A DNA stretch of 32,000 bases from Kineococcus radiotolerans SRS30216 = ATCC BAA-149 (GCF_000017305.1 NC_009664.2:2040001-2072000), one strand, 5' to 3'; counted from the stretch's first letter, positions 7,728 through 16,567 are shown. The notes: a model not told the origin generated them from the letters alone. Made by a program: numbers and translations.

Positions 7728-9230
7728 TCAGTGCACCGGCGTCCGCGGGCCGGGGACCAGCGGCGGGCGCCGGACCAGCAGCGACAGGGCGAGGGCGACC
7801 AGGGAGATGACCCCGCCCCACACGAACGCGCTCCGCACCCCGTCGGCCGTGGCGTGCAGGGCCGTGGCCCCGCCCGCGAGGCTGTCGGCGGAGGTGGTGG
7901 AGAGGACCGTGACGAACAGCGCGGTCCCCGCCGCCCCGGCGAGCTGCTGGACGGTGCCGACGATGGCGCTGCCGTGCCCGTACAGCTCCGCGCGCAGCGA
8001 CCCGAGCGCGGAGGTGAACAGCGGGGTGAACATGAACGCGAGCCCGACGCTGAGCAGGGTGTGGACGGCCACGACCATTCCGGCGGGCGTGCCCGCGTGC
8101 AGCGTCGTCAGCAGCCACAGGGCGCCGCTGACCAGCACCGCGCCCGGCGTCACCAGCGGCCGCGGCCCGTACCGGTCGAACAACCGGCCCACGACGGGCG
8201 AGAGCACGCCCATCGCCGCGCCCCCGGGCAGCAGGAGCAGACCGGTCTCCAGCGACCCCAGCTCCAGCACCGTCTGCAGGAAGATCGGCAGCACGATGAG
8301 CGTGCCGAACAGGCCCATGAAGCTCGTCACGAGCACGATCGTCGAGACGGTGAACGAGCGGTTGGCGAACACCCGCAGGTCCATCAGCGCGCCGGAGGTG
8401 CGCTGGAGGCCGAACTGCCGCCGGACGAACGCCGCCAGGGCGAGGACCCCGACGAGGACGGGGACCCACGGCGCGACCGGGGCGTGCCCGGTGGCCGACT
8501 CCCCGAGGCTGGACAGCCCGTAGATGAGGCCGCCGAAACCGACCGCGGACAGCAGCAGCGACAGCACGTCGAGGCGGGCGTGGCGCGGGGCGGTGACGTT
8601 GCGGACCTTCCAGGTCCCCAGCCCGAGGGCGATGAGGGCGATCGGCAGCACGATGATGAACATCCACCGCCAGGACAGCGAGTTCAGGATGATCCCGGAG
8701 ATCGTCGGGCCGATCGCGGGGGCGACGGAGATGACCACCGAGATCATGCCCATCGTCCGCCCGCGGCTCGCGGCGGGGACGAGGGTCAGGGCCGTCGTCA
8801 TCAGCAGCGGCATCATCACCGCCGTGCCGCTGGCCTGCACGATCCGGCCGACGAGCAGCAGCTCGAAGCCGGGGGCGACGGCGGCGATCGCGGTGCCGAG
8901 GCTGAACAGGCTCATCGCCGCGACGAAGACCTGCCGCAGCCGGAAGCGCTCCATGATGAAACCGGTGGCGGGGATGACCACGGCCATGGTGAGCATGAAC
9001 CCGGTGGTGAGCCACTGACCGGTGGCGGCGGTGATGCCGAGGTCGGCCATGAGGCGCGGCAGCGCCACGCCCATGATCGTCTCGTTGAGGATGACGACGA
9101 AGGCGGAGACCAGCAGCAGGGCGATGACGGTGCCGTCACCGGGGGCCAGCCGGTCCCGCTCGGCCGGGACGGCGGCGGGAGCAGCGGCCGGGGGTGGCGC
9201 GGGCAGGGTGGTGTCCTCGTTGGTGGACAT
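7728..9230 (-). CDS. MFS transporter, DHA2 (EmrB/QacA-like, 14-TMS) drug:H+ antiporter family
   Basis: 500 aa from the ATG at 9230 (AGGAG 10 nt upstream). Hydrophobic throughout. ...ALLLVSAFVVILNETIMGVALPRLMADLG... is typical of DHA2 TMS1. It is divergent from a TetR gene. The longer track ORF (to 9431) adds 67 non-membrane residues across the intergenic region. Confidence 0.88.
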   Translation of the reverse strand: MSTNEDTTLPAPPPAAAPAAVPAERDRLAPGDGTVIALLLVSAFVVILNETIMGVALPRLMADLGITAATGQWLTTGFMLTMAVVIPATGFIMERFRLRQVFVAAMSLFSLGTAIAAVAPGFELLLVGRIVQASGTAVMMPLLMTTALTLVPAASRGRTMGMISVVISVAPAIGPTISGIILNSLSWRWMFIIVLPIALIALGLGTWKVRNVTAPRHARLDVLSLLLSAVGFGGLIYGLSSLGESATGHAPVAPWVPVLVGVLALAAFVRRQFGLQRTSGALMDLRVFANRSFTVSTIVLVTSFMGLFGTLIVLPIFLQTVLELGSLETGLLLLPGGAAMGVLSPVVGRLFDRYGPRPLVTPGAVLVSGALWLLTTLHAGTPAGMVVAVHTLLSVGLAFMFTPLFTSALGSLRAELYGHGSAIVGTVQQLAGAAGTALFVTVLSTTSADSLAGGATALHATADGVRSAFVWGGVISLVALALSLLVRRPPLVPGPRTPVH

Positions 9231-9252
9231 GGGTGGGGAACTCCTCGGTGTG

Positions 9253-9285
9253 GTGACCGTCACCACCGTAGTGGCAGTCACTGCC
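9253..9285. promoter_or_regulatory. Two short palindromes in the MFS/TetR divergent intergenic region (candidate TetR operator)
   Basis: GTGAC-C-GTCAC (9253-9263) and GGCAGT-C-ACTGCC (9273-9285). They lie in the 82-bp gap between the MFS start (9230) and the TetR start (9313). Confidence 0.45.
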
Positions 9286-9312
9286 AACTCGACAGTCGTT
9301 ATCCTCATTCCC

Positions 9313-9924
9313 GTGACCACCGTCCCGGACCTGCGCGAACGCCGCCGCCTGGCCACCCGGGCCGAGATCGAGCAGGTCGCCCTGGACCTCTTCGCCCGGA
9401 ACGGCTCCGAACGCACGACCGTCGACGACATCGCCGCCGCGGCCGGGGTCTCCCCCCGGACGTTCTTCCGCTACTTCGCCACCAAGGAGGACGCCGCCCT
9501 CGGCGCCAACCGCGCCTTCGACACCGCCCTGGCCGAGCGCCTCGCCGCGCACGTCGACGGCCGCTCCTCGATCGCCGACGTCGAGGCGGCCATCGCCGAC
9601 GTCCTCGCCGAGATGGCCGCCGAGGACGGCGCGGTGCAGCGGATGCTGCGGGTGCGCTGCCTCGTCGTCGAGGACGCCGGGCTGCGCGCCGCCCTGCTGC
9701 GCCTGGACGCCGAGCAGTCGCGCGCCTTCTTCGGGCGCATCGCCGCCGCGACCGGTTCGCCCACCGTCGACCTGCGCGCGCGGATCGTCGCCGAGACCCT
9801 CGGCGCCGCGCTGCGCGCCGCCCTCGACGACTGGGCCGCGCGGCGCGAGCAGGGCGAGGACGTCGACCTCGTCACCACCTACCGCCAGGCGTGCGCGACG
9901 CTGCGCGAGGTCACCGCCCCCTGA
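9313..9924 (+). CDS. TetR/AcrR-family transcriptional regulator
   Basis: 203 aa from the GTG at 9313 (VTTVPDLRERRRLATRAEIEQVALDLFARNGSERTTVDDIAAAAGVSPRTFFRYFATKEDAAL). This is the classic TetR_N HTH. It is divergent to the MFS efflux gene. Confidence 0.85.
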   Translation: MTTVPDLRERRRLATRAEIEQVALDLFARNGSERTTVDDIAAAAGVSPRTFFRYFATKEDAALGANRAFDTALAERLAAHVDGRSSIADVEAAIADVLAEMAAEDGAVQRMLRVRCLVVEDAGLRAALLRLDAEQSRAFFGRIAAATGSPTVDLRARIVAETLGAALRAALDDWAARREQGEDVDLVTTYRQACATLREVTAP

Positions 9925-9949
9925 GACCCGACCCCGCGGGGAGGGGCGC

Positions 9950-10414
9950 TCAGCCGAGCAGGCGCGCCGTGCGGTGCAGCATCGCCTGCACCACCGGCCC
10001 GTGGCCGACCGCGACGGGCGCGAAGTAGGCCCGCCCGCGGCGGCCCTTCAGCCGGACCGCGGTCGTGCACCCCACGAGGGAGCGCGCGACGTCGACGGCG
10101 AGGGCGATGCGGACGTCGAGGTGCGCGTCGTCGACCGCGATCAGCGCCTCGTCCCCCACGACCCGCACCCGCTGGAACGCGGCGCCGTCGCTGCGCGGGA
10201 CGCCCAGCAGCGGGACCAGGGCCTGCCGCGCCGCGATCGCCGCGCGCACCCAGGACGGCGCCCCCCGCGGGGAGAACATCGTCGTCGCCCACACCCGCGG
10301 GTCCACCGGCGCCCCCGGGGGCAGCGGGACGATGTGGACGTCGCAGAAGTCGGGGGCGGGCAGGTCGTCGAAGACGCAGGAGCCGAACACCCCCGCATCC
10401 TCCCGCCCCGTCAC
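9950..10414 (-). CDS. DUF2867-like protein
   Basis: 154 aa from the GTG at 10414, which overlaps the GH4 stop (GTGA, 10411-10414). The C-terminal pattern ...VVGDEALIAVDDAHLDVRIALAV...TTAVRLKGRRGRAYFAPVAVGHGPVVQAML resembles DUF2867. The start is uncertain. Confidence 0.5.
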   Translation of the reverse strand: MTGREDAGVFGSCVFDDLPAPDFCDVHIVPLPPGAPVDPRVWATTMFSPRGAPSWVRAAIAARQALVPLLGVPRSDGAAFQRVRVVGDEALIAVDDAHLDVRIALAVDVARSLVGCTTAVRLKGRRGRAYFAPVAVGHGPVVQAMLHRTARLLG

Positions 10415-11772
10415 CGGCGGTCGAAGACGGCCGCGACCTCGGGGATGCGCTCGACGTAGCCGGCGAGGAGCTTTTCGGCGACGTCGGCGGAACGGACCAG
10501 CGGGTGGGTGGCGAAGGCCAGCAGCGCCTCGGTGCGGTCCCCGTGCACCGCGGCGGCGATGACGTGGCGCTCGACGGCCTTCACCTGCTGCATGAGGCCG
10601 AGCTGGTGCAGGTCGGGGGCGTCGGTGGCGAAGGGCCGCACCCCGCTGCCGTCGACGGCGACGGGCACCTCCACGACGGCGTCGGCGGGCAGGCCCGCGA
10701 CGGTGGAGCCGTTGCGCACGTTGAGGATCGCGGTGGAGGGCTCGTCGCGGGCGATGGCGGCCATGACCGCGAGCGCCACCCCGGCGTAGCCCTGCTGGGA
10801 GGGGTCGGTCTCCGGCGGCTCCGGGTTCTCCGGAGCGCCCTGCTCCCCGCCCTTGGCCTCGGCCATGTAGCTGGCGCTGCGGTCCAGGACGGTCTCGCGC
10901 CACAGCTGCGCGGCCCCGGACCCGGCGTGCGGGAGCCGGTCGAAGAACTCGCCCTGGGTCCTGAGCAGGAACTCCCCGCGGGTCAGGGCGGCGGCGCGGA
11001 TGCGGGCGACGGCCTCGGCGTTGCGGTACCAGTAGTAGAGGTACTCGTTGGGGACGTTGCCGAACGCCTTCAACCACGGGGCGCCGAAGACGTGCCGCTC
11101 CTCGAGCTGGGCGAGGAGCCCGTCGTCGCCGAGGAGGTCGGGCAGCACGTCGCGCCCGCCGACGACGACGCGGCGCAGCCAGCCGAGGTGGTTCAGCCCG
11201 ACGTAGTCGAAGCGGGCGTGGCCGGGGTCGTGGCCGAGCAGCAGGGCGACGCGTCGGCCGAGGCCGGAGGGGGTGTCGCAGATGCCGAGGACGCGGTCGC
11301 CGAGGACGGCCTGCATGGCCTCGGTGGTGATGCCGGCGGGGTTGGTGAAGTTGAGGACGTGGGCGTGCGGGGCGAGGCGCCTGACCCGTTCGGCGACGTC
11401 GACCACGAACGGCACCGTCCGCAGGGCGTAGGCGAGACCGCCGGGCCCGGTGGTCTCCTGGCCCAGCACCCCGAGGTCGAGGGCGACCCGCTCGTCGGCG
11501 CAGCGCCCGGCGAGGCCGCCGACGCGGACGGCGGCGAAGACGAAGTCGCTGCCCTCCAGGGCGCGGTCGAGGTCGGTGGTGGTGCTCAGCCGCGGGGGGT
11601 CGTCGAAGCCCTCGGCGAGCTGGTCGAGCACGGTGCGCATCCCGGCCAGGCGGGTCTCGCTGGTGTCCTGGAGGGTGACGGCGGTGACGCGGGGAAACCC
11701 CCGGTCGCGCAGCAGCGCCTGCCAGACGAACGGGGTGCGGAAACCGCCCCCGCCCAGGATCGCGAGCTTCAC
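10411..11772 (-). CDS. Glycoside hydrolase family 4 (NAD-dependent 6-phospho-glucosidase-like)
   Basis: 453 aa from the GTG at 11772. Motifs: VKLAILGGGGFRTP (Rossmann), NFTNPAGITTEA and GICDTPSG. Confidence 0.82.
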   Translation of the reverse strand: MKLAILGGGGFRTPFVWQALLRDRGFPRVTAVTLQDTSETRLAGMRTVLDQLAEGFDDPPRLSTTTDLDRALEGSDFVFAAVRVGGLAGRCADERVALDLGVLGQETTGPGGLAYALRTVPFVVDVAERVRRLAPHAHVLNFTNPAGITTEAMQAVLGDRVLGICDTPSGLGRRVALLLGHDPGHARFDYVGLNHLGWLRRVVVGGRDVLPDLLGDDGLLAQLEERHVFGAPWLKAFGNVPNEYLYYWYRNAEAVARIRAAALTRGEFLLRTQGEFFDRLPHAGSGAAQLWRETVLDRSASYMAEAKGGEQGAPENPEPPETDPSQQGYAGVALAVMAAIARDEPSTAILNVRNGSTVAGLPADAVVEVPVAVDGSGVRPFATDAPDLHQLGLMQQVKAVERHVIAAAVHGDRTEALLAFATHPLVRSADVAEKLLAGYVERIPEVAAVFDRR

Positions 11773-11979
11773 GCCGTGGCCCCCCGTGGCTCGATCACGC
11801 GCAGAGCCTACGGCCGGGGGCGGGTGGCCGACGAGCTCCCGGGCGGGCCGCCGCCCGCGCCGGGCACCGGTTGCCGACCCCCCACCTCCCACCTAGCGTG
11901 GCGGGGAGTCGACACGCCGACTGCCCCGATCCGGCGCCGCACCCGCGCGCGTCTCGACCTCGTGTACGGAGAGCCCACC

Positions 11980-12435
11980 ATGACCACGCCGTTCCAGATC
12001 GACCGGTTGACGTCCCACCAGGACCAGCCCTCGTCGGGGCAGCTGACCGCAGCCGTCGTCGGGTCCTTCTACCTGGTGCTGGGGCTGTTCGGGTTCATGG
12101 TCACCGGCTCCTCCAGCTTCACCGGCTTCGACCCCCAGCACAACATCGCCGGGATGACCGTCAACCCCCTGCAGAACGTCCTGCACCTGCTCATCGGCGG
12201 GGTCGGCATCGGCGCCTACGTCGGGCCCAGCGTCGCGCGGCTCTACGGGGTGGGGCTCTTCGTCGTCTGCGGCGCCCTCTGCGTGATCGGCCTCATCGCC
12301 GGCGGGGACGCGAACTTCCTCAACGTCGACCAGGGGGCCAACGCCGTGCACGGCCTGACCGCCGTCCTCGGGGCGCTCATCGCGGTGCTGCCGGTGGGGC
12401 GCAACCGCGCGGACTCCGCCCAGGGCGAGCGCTGA
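11980..12435 (+). CDS. DUF4383-like small membrane protein
   Basis: 151 aa from the ATG at 11980 (GGAGAG 6 nt upstream). Four hydrophobic segments. ...VNPLQNVLHLLIGGVGIGA... and ...NAVHGLTAVLGALI fit DUF4383. Only the last 151 codons of the 643-aa track ORF look real. Confidence 0.65.
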   Translation: MTTPFQIDRLTSHQDQPSSGQLTAAVVGSFYLVLGLFGFMVTGSSSFTGFDPQHNIAGMTVNPLQNVLHLLIGGVGIGAYVGPSVARLYGVGLFVVCGALCVIGLIAGGDANFLNVDQGANAVHGLTAVLGALIAVLPVGRNRADSAQGER

Positions 12436-12446
12436 GCGCACGGCGG

Positions 12447-12462
12447 CCGGCCCGCGGGCCGG
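12447..12462. terminator. 16-bp GC palindrome between convergent genes
   Basis: CCGGCCCGCGGGCCGG is a perfect palindrome. It lies between the DUF4383 stop (12435) and the TerD-vWA stop (12517). There is no U-tract. Confidence 0.25.
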
Positions 12463-12516
12463 GCCCGTCGCCCTCCCGGGCGGCGGTCCCCGGGACCCGC
12501 GGCGGCCGCCGCCGCG

Positions 12517-13758
12517 TCAGCTGAGCCCCTGCAGCGCGGGCGCTCCCGGCGGGTAGTAGCTGCGCACCCAGCTCGGGAACTCCTGCAGGATGCGGTCGTA
12601 GAGCTCCGCGTCGCTGACCCGGTCCAGGTCGTCGAGGGCGAAGAACCCGGTGTTGTCGTGGGTCCGGCCCCGGAGGGTGTCGAGCTTCTCCAGGACGCCG
12701 TAGTCGCTGCGGCCGATGCCGATGAACTGCCAGAACACCGGCTCGCCCTCCACCGCCCGCAGGGCCCGCTCGGTGCCCCCGTTGTCCGTGACACCGCCGT
12801 CGTGGAAGAACAGGACGAGGGTCGGGATGTCCAGGGGGTTGCGGGCGACGTAGCCGGCGACGTCCTCGATGGCGGCCTTCTCGTTGTTCCAGCCCCCGGC
12901 GCCGGTGTACCGCTTCGCGGTGTAGCGCTCGATCCACTGCGGCAGGGTCCCGATGGTGATGTCCTCGAGCTGCTCGGCCTGCCCGCCCATGGCCCACGCC
13001 TGCATCTCGGCGCCGTCGTCGACCTGCGCGGCGACGGGCGCGACCCGCTCCACCGCCCGGGAGAACACGCCCCGGCGGTAGAGCCCGCTGGTGCTGCCGG
13101 AGACGTCGAGCACGACGACGACGCGGCAGCGCAGCCCGGTCATGCGGTGCTTGGTGAGGACGACCGCGACCTGCTGCTTGCGCAGGTTCAGCTTCTCGCG
13201 CATCTCGGCGGGCAGCTTCTCCTCGCCCTTGGTGAACGAGACCCCCGGCGCGGTCGGCGCGGGTGCCGGGGCCGCCGGGGCCGCGGCGGGCTCGTCGACG
13301 TCCACCCCGAAGTCCGTGGCCAGGCCGGCGAGGCCGTCGGCGTAGCCCTGCCCCACGGCGCGGACCTTCCAGTCCCCGCCGCGCCGGTACAGCTCGGCGA
13401 GGACGACGACGGTCTCCGACCCCAGCCGGGAGGGGGAGAACTCCACCGGGTCGCCCCCGGCCTCCACCCGCAGCCGCACCGCCGTCCCCGCGAAGGTCGC
13501 GCCCTGCGCCTCGGGGCTGGCGACGACGACGACCTTGTCCGCCCCGGGCCGCAACCCGGTCAGCTCGATCGCCAGCGCCGTCCCGTCCAGGCGGACCCCG
13601 GGGGCGGAGGGCTGGTTGAAGAAGACCATGTCGTCGTCGCCGGCGACCTTGCCGTCGGCGTTCAGCACGAGCGCGGTCACGTCGACGGGGCCCGCGACGG
13701 AGACGCGGACGGAGGAGGAGGTCAGCGGCGCGTTCCCGCCTTCGGTGAGCGTGGGCAC
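12517..13758 (-). CDS. TerD-domain / vWA-domain fusion protein (TerF-like)
   Basis: 413 aa. The N-terminal ~150 aa are TerD-like (...GKVAGDDDMVFFNQPS...GGDWKVRAVGQGY). A Pro/Ala linker follows. The C-terminal half is vWA-like with a MIDAS-type VVVVLDVSGSTS and ...LVLFFHDGGVTDN.... Confidence 0.78.
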   Translation of the reverse strand: MPTLTEGGNAPLTSSSVRVSVAGPVDVTALVLNADGKVAGDDDMVFFNQPSAPGVRLDGTALAIELTGLRPGADKVVVVASPEAQGATFAGTAVRLRVEAGGDPVEFSPSRLGSETVVVLAELYRRGGDWKVRAVGQGYADGLAGLATDFGVDVDEPAAAPAAPAPAPTAPGVSFTKGEEKLPAEMREKLNLRKQQVAVVLTKHRMTGLRCRVVVVLDVSGSTSGLYRRGVFSRAVERVAPVAAQVDDGAEMQAWAMGGQAEQLEDITIGTLPQWIERYTAKRYTGAGGWNNEKAAIEDVAGYVARNPLDIPTLVLFFHDGGVTDNGGTERALRAVEGEPVFWQFIGIGRSDYGVLEKLDTLRGRTHDNTGFFALDDLDRVSDAELYDRILQEFPSWVRSYYPPGAPALQGLS

Positions 13759-13808
13759 CGTCCAGTCCTACCGCACCGGGGGCCCGGACGCCGGTACCTG
13801 GCAGCAAC

Positions 13809-13832
13809 CCCGAACCCCTGAGAGGGTTCGGG
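13809..13832 (+). promoter_or_regulatory. Perfect 9-bp hairpin abutting the SDR start codon
   Basis: CCCGAACCC (13809-13817) - CTGAGA - GGGTTCGGG (13824-13832), with the ATG at 13834. The loop and right arm cover the only purine-rich SD-like stretch (GAGAGGG). Confidence 0.35.
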
Positions 13833-13833
13833 C

Positions 13834-14658
13834 ATGTCCACGTGGTTCATCACCGGTTGCTCGACGGGTCTCGGCCGTTCCCTTGCCCAGGCCGTCCTCG
13901 AACGCGGCGACGACGCCGTCGTCACCGCCCGCGACGTCTCCCGGGTGGAGGACATCGCGGCCGCCCACCCCGAGCACGCGCTCGCCCTGGCCCTCGACGT
14001 CACCGACCCCGCCCAGGTCACCGCGGCCGTGCGGGCCGCCGAGGAGCGCTTCGGCGGCGTCGACGTCCTCGTCAACAACGCCGGCTACGGCTACCGCGCC
14101 GCGGTCGAGGAGGGCGACGACGCCGACGTGCAGCAGCTCTTCGCCACCCACGTCTTCGGGGCGGCGTCGATGCTGAAGGCGGTGCTGCCGGGGATGCGGG
14201 CCCGCCGCAGCGGGACGGTGCTGAACATCTCCTCCATCGGCGCGCACGTCGCGCCCCCCGGGTCGGGGTACTACGCGGCGGCGAAGGCGGCGCTGGAGGC
14301 GCTGTCGCGCTCGCTGCGCCAGGAGCTCGCGCCGCTGGGGATCTCGGTGACGATCGTCGCCCCGGGCGGGTTCCGCACCGACTTCGCGGGCCGCTCGCTG
14401 ACCCAGTCCGCCGAGGCCATCGGCGACTACGCCGAGACCGCCGGCAAGCGCCGCAAGGAGAACGACACCGTCCACGGCACCCAGCCGGGGGACCCGGCGA
14501 AGGCGGCGGCGGCGATGATCGCGCTCGCGGAGGCGGAGAACCCGCCGGCGTCGATCTTCCTGGGCAGCGACGCCGTCGCCGCGATCGACGGGGTGCTGAA
14601 GGCGCGGGTGTCCGAGGTGGACGTCTGGCGCGAGCTGAGCACCAGCACCGACTTCTGA
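13834..14658 (+). CDS. Short-chain dehydrogenase/reductase (classical SDR)
   Basis: 274 aa. Motifs: ITGCSTGLGRSLA (cofactor loop), NNAG and the catalytic YYAAAKAAL (YxxxK). Confidence 0.9.
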   Translation: MSTWFITGCSTGLGRSLAQAVLERGDDAVVTARDVSRVEDIAAAHPEHALALALDVTDPAQVTAAVRAAEERFGGVDVLVNNAGYGYRAAVEEGDDADVQQLFATHVFGAASMLKAVLPGMRARRSGTVLNISSIGAHVAPPGSGYYAAAKAALEALSRSLRQELAPLGISVTIVAPGGFRTDFAGRSLTQSAEAIGDYAETAGKRRKENDTVHGTQPGDPAKAAAAMIALAEAENPPASIFLGSDAVAAIDGVLKARVSEVDVWRELSTSTDF

Positions 14659-14694
14659 GGCGCGGGACGTCGGGGTGGGTGGTTGCCTGAGGGC

Positions 14695-15627
14695 ATGCCA
14701 CGCATCGGAACCTCCGACCTCGACGTCCACCCCCTCAGCCTCGGCGGCAACGTCTTCGGCTGGACCGCCGACGAGGCCGAGTCGCACCGCGTGCTCGACG
14801 CCTTCGTCGACGGCGGCGGGGACTTCGTCGACACCGCCGACGTCTACTCCGCGTGGTCGGCGGGCGGGGCCGGGATCTCCGAGACGATCATCGGCAGCTG
14901 GCTGGCGAAGCCCGGCCGGCGCGACCGGGTCGTGCTGGCCACCAAGGTCGGCAAGAAGGCCGACCGCACCGGCCTGGCCGCGGACACGATCCGCGCGGCC
15001 GTCGACGAGTCCCTGCAGCGGCTGCGGACCGACCGGATCGACCTGTACTGGGCCCACGCCGACGACCCGGCCACCCCGCAGGAGGAGACCCTCGGCGCGT
15101 TCGACGAGCTCGTGCGCGCGGGCAAGGTCCGCGCGATCGGCGCCTCGAACTTCACCGGCCCGCGCCTGCAGCAGGCGCTGGAGACCTCCCGGCGGGAGGG
15201 CTTCGCGAGCTACGCGGCGCTGCAGAACGAGTACAGCCTCGTCGAGCGCGAAGAGTACGAGCGCGACGCGGCCGACGTGGTCGCGGCCAACGGCCTCGCC
15301 GCCGTGCCCTACTACGCCCTGGCCTCCGGCTTCCTCACCGGCAAGTACCGCCCGGGGCAGCTCGCGGAGTCCCAGCGCCAGGCCGGGGCGTCGAAGTACC
15401 TGGACACCCCGCGGGGGCCGCGGGTCCTGGCCGCGCTCGACGAGGTCGCCGCCGCCCACGGCGTCGAGGTCGCCACCGTCGCCCTGGCCTGGCTGCGCCG
15501 GCAGCCGACCGTCGTGGCGCCCATCGCCAGCGCCCGCACGACCGGGCAGCTCCCGGCGCTGCTCGCGGCGCTGGAGCTGGAGCTGAGCGACGAGGAACTC
15601 GCCGCGCTGGAGCGCGCCTCGCGCTGA
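14695..15627 (+). CDS. Aldo/keto reductase
   Basis: 310 aa from the ATG at 14695 (the track ORF begins at TTG 14683). ...LGGNVFGWTADEAESHRVLDAFVDGGGDFVDTADVYS... and ...IDLYWAH...VRAIGASNF... are AKR hallmarks. Confidence 0.9.
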   Translation: MPRIGTSDLDVHPLSLGGNVFGWTADEAESHRVLDAFVDGGGDFVDTADVYSAWSAGGAGISETIIGSWLAKPGRRDRVVLATKVGKKADRTGLAADTIRAAVDESLQRLRTDRIDLYWAHADDPATPQEETLGAFDELVRAGKVRAIGASNFTGPRLQQALETSRREGFASYAALQNEYSLVEREEYERDAADVVAANGLAAVPYYALASGFLTGKYRPGQLAESQRQAGASKYLDTPRGPRVLAALDEVAAAHGVEVATVALAWLRRQPTVVAPIASARTTGQLPALLAALELELSDEELAALERASR

Positions 15628-15641
15628 CGCCCCGCCGCGGG

Positions 15642-15669
15642 GTGCACAGGAAGCTCACCTTCCCTGCAC
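15642..15669 (+). promoter_or_regulatory. Imperfect hairpin between the AKR and PAP2 genes
   Basis: GTGCA-cA-GGAAG-ctcac-CTTCC-c-TGCAC: two 5-bp stems with a small internal loop, and relatively AT-rich for this DNA. It could be a terminator/attenuator or a binding site. Confidence 0.25.
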
Positions 15670-15696
15670 CTCCACGGGTGCGCACCGGGCGGGCGC

Positions 15697-16560
15697 GTGC
15701 CGCACAGTGGAGGGGTGGTCACCTCCGCGCCCTCGCAGCAGCACCGCCCCTCCCGCACGCGCGGGGCGCGGCGGACGTGGTCGCCCGCCGCGCTCGGCAG
15801 CGCCTGGGGCCTGACGCTGGCCCTGGCCGTCCTGTACTGCGTGTGCGTGCGGACGGCCACCGGCCAGCGGCACGAGAACCGCCTGCACGCCGAGGCGCTG
15901 GAGGCCCGCGGGACGCTCACGGGCTGGGCGGCGCGCGCCTTCGGCCTCGTGGAGCGGCTGGAGCCGCAGCACCTGCTCCTCGGGGCGCTCGCCGTGGCGG
16001 TCCTGGGCCTGCTCCGGGGCCGGCCGGGGAAGGCCGCGCAGGGGCTCGTCGTGGCCGCGGGCACGCTCGGGCTGACCGAGGTGCTGAAGCTGGTCCTGCT
16101 GGAGCGCCCCGAGCTGGCCCAGACCTACGGCGCCACCGCCAACAGCCTGCCCAGCGGCCACACCTCGGCGGTGCTGGGGCTGGCGCTGGGGGTCCTGGTG
16201 GCCGCCCCGCGCTGGCTGCGCCCGCCGCTGGCCCTGGCCGGGGCGGTGGCCGCGGGCGCCATGGGCGCCTTCGTCGTCGCCGACGGGTGGCACCGGGTGA
16301 GCGACGTGCTCGCCTCGGCCCTCGTCGGGGCCCTCGTGCTGTGCCTGGTGCAGGTGCTCCCCGGCCGCGACGAGCGCCGGCGCGGGCGGTTGCTGGCGCT
16401 GGCGCTGGTCGTCCCGGCGGCGAGCGCGGTGGCGCTGGTCGTCGTCTACGCGGGGGGTGCGCCGCTGCCCGTGTCGTACCTCGCGGCGGGCGCGGTGGTC
16501 GCGCTCACGGTCCTGGCCGGGGCCCGGGCCCTCCCGCGGGAGGTGGGTCGCGGGCGCTGA
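15697..16560 (+). CDS. PAP2-superfamily membrane phosphatase
   Basis: 287 aa. The three PAP2 motifs are present: KLVLLERP (KxxxxxxRP), PSGH and WHRVSDV (HxxxD). There are multiple TM segments. The GTG start is uncertain. Confidence 0.75.
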   Translation: MPHSGGVVTSAPSQQHRPSRTRGARRTWSPAALGSAWGLTLALAVLYCVCVRTATGQRHENRLHAEALEARGTLTGWAARAFGLVERLEPQHLLLGALAVAVLGLLRGRPGKAAQGLVVAAGTLGLTEVLKLVLLERPELAQTYGATANSLPSGHTSAVLGLALGVLVAAPRWLRPPLALAGAVAAGAMGAFVVADGWHRVSDVLASALVGALVLCLVQVLPGRDERRRGRLLALALVVPAASAVALVVVYAGGAPLPVSYLAAGAVVALTVLAGARALPREVGRGR

Positions 16561-16567
16561 GGGCAGG

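Noticed and set aside
10504-11979. N-terminal 492 codons of the 643-aa plus-strand ORF ending at 12435
   Set aside because: This part is antisense to the GH4 gene. Only the last 151 codons, from ATG 11980 with an SD, give a coherent membrane protein (DUF4383-like).
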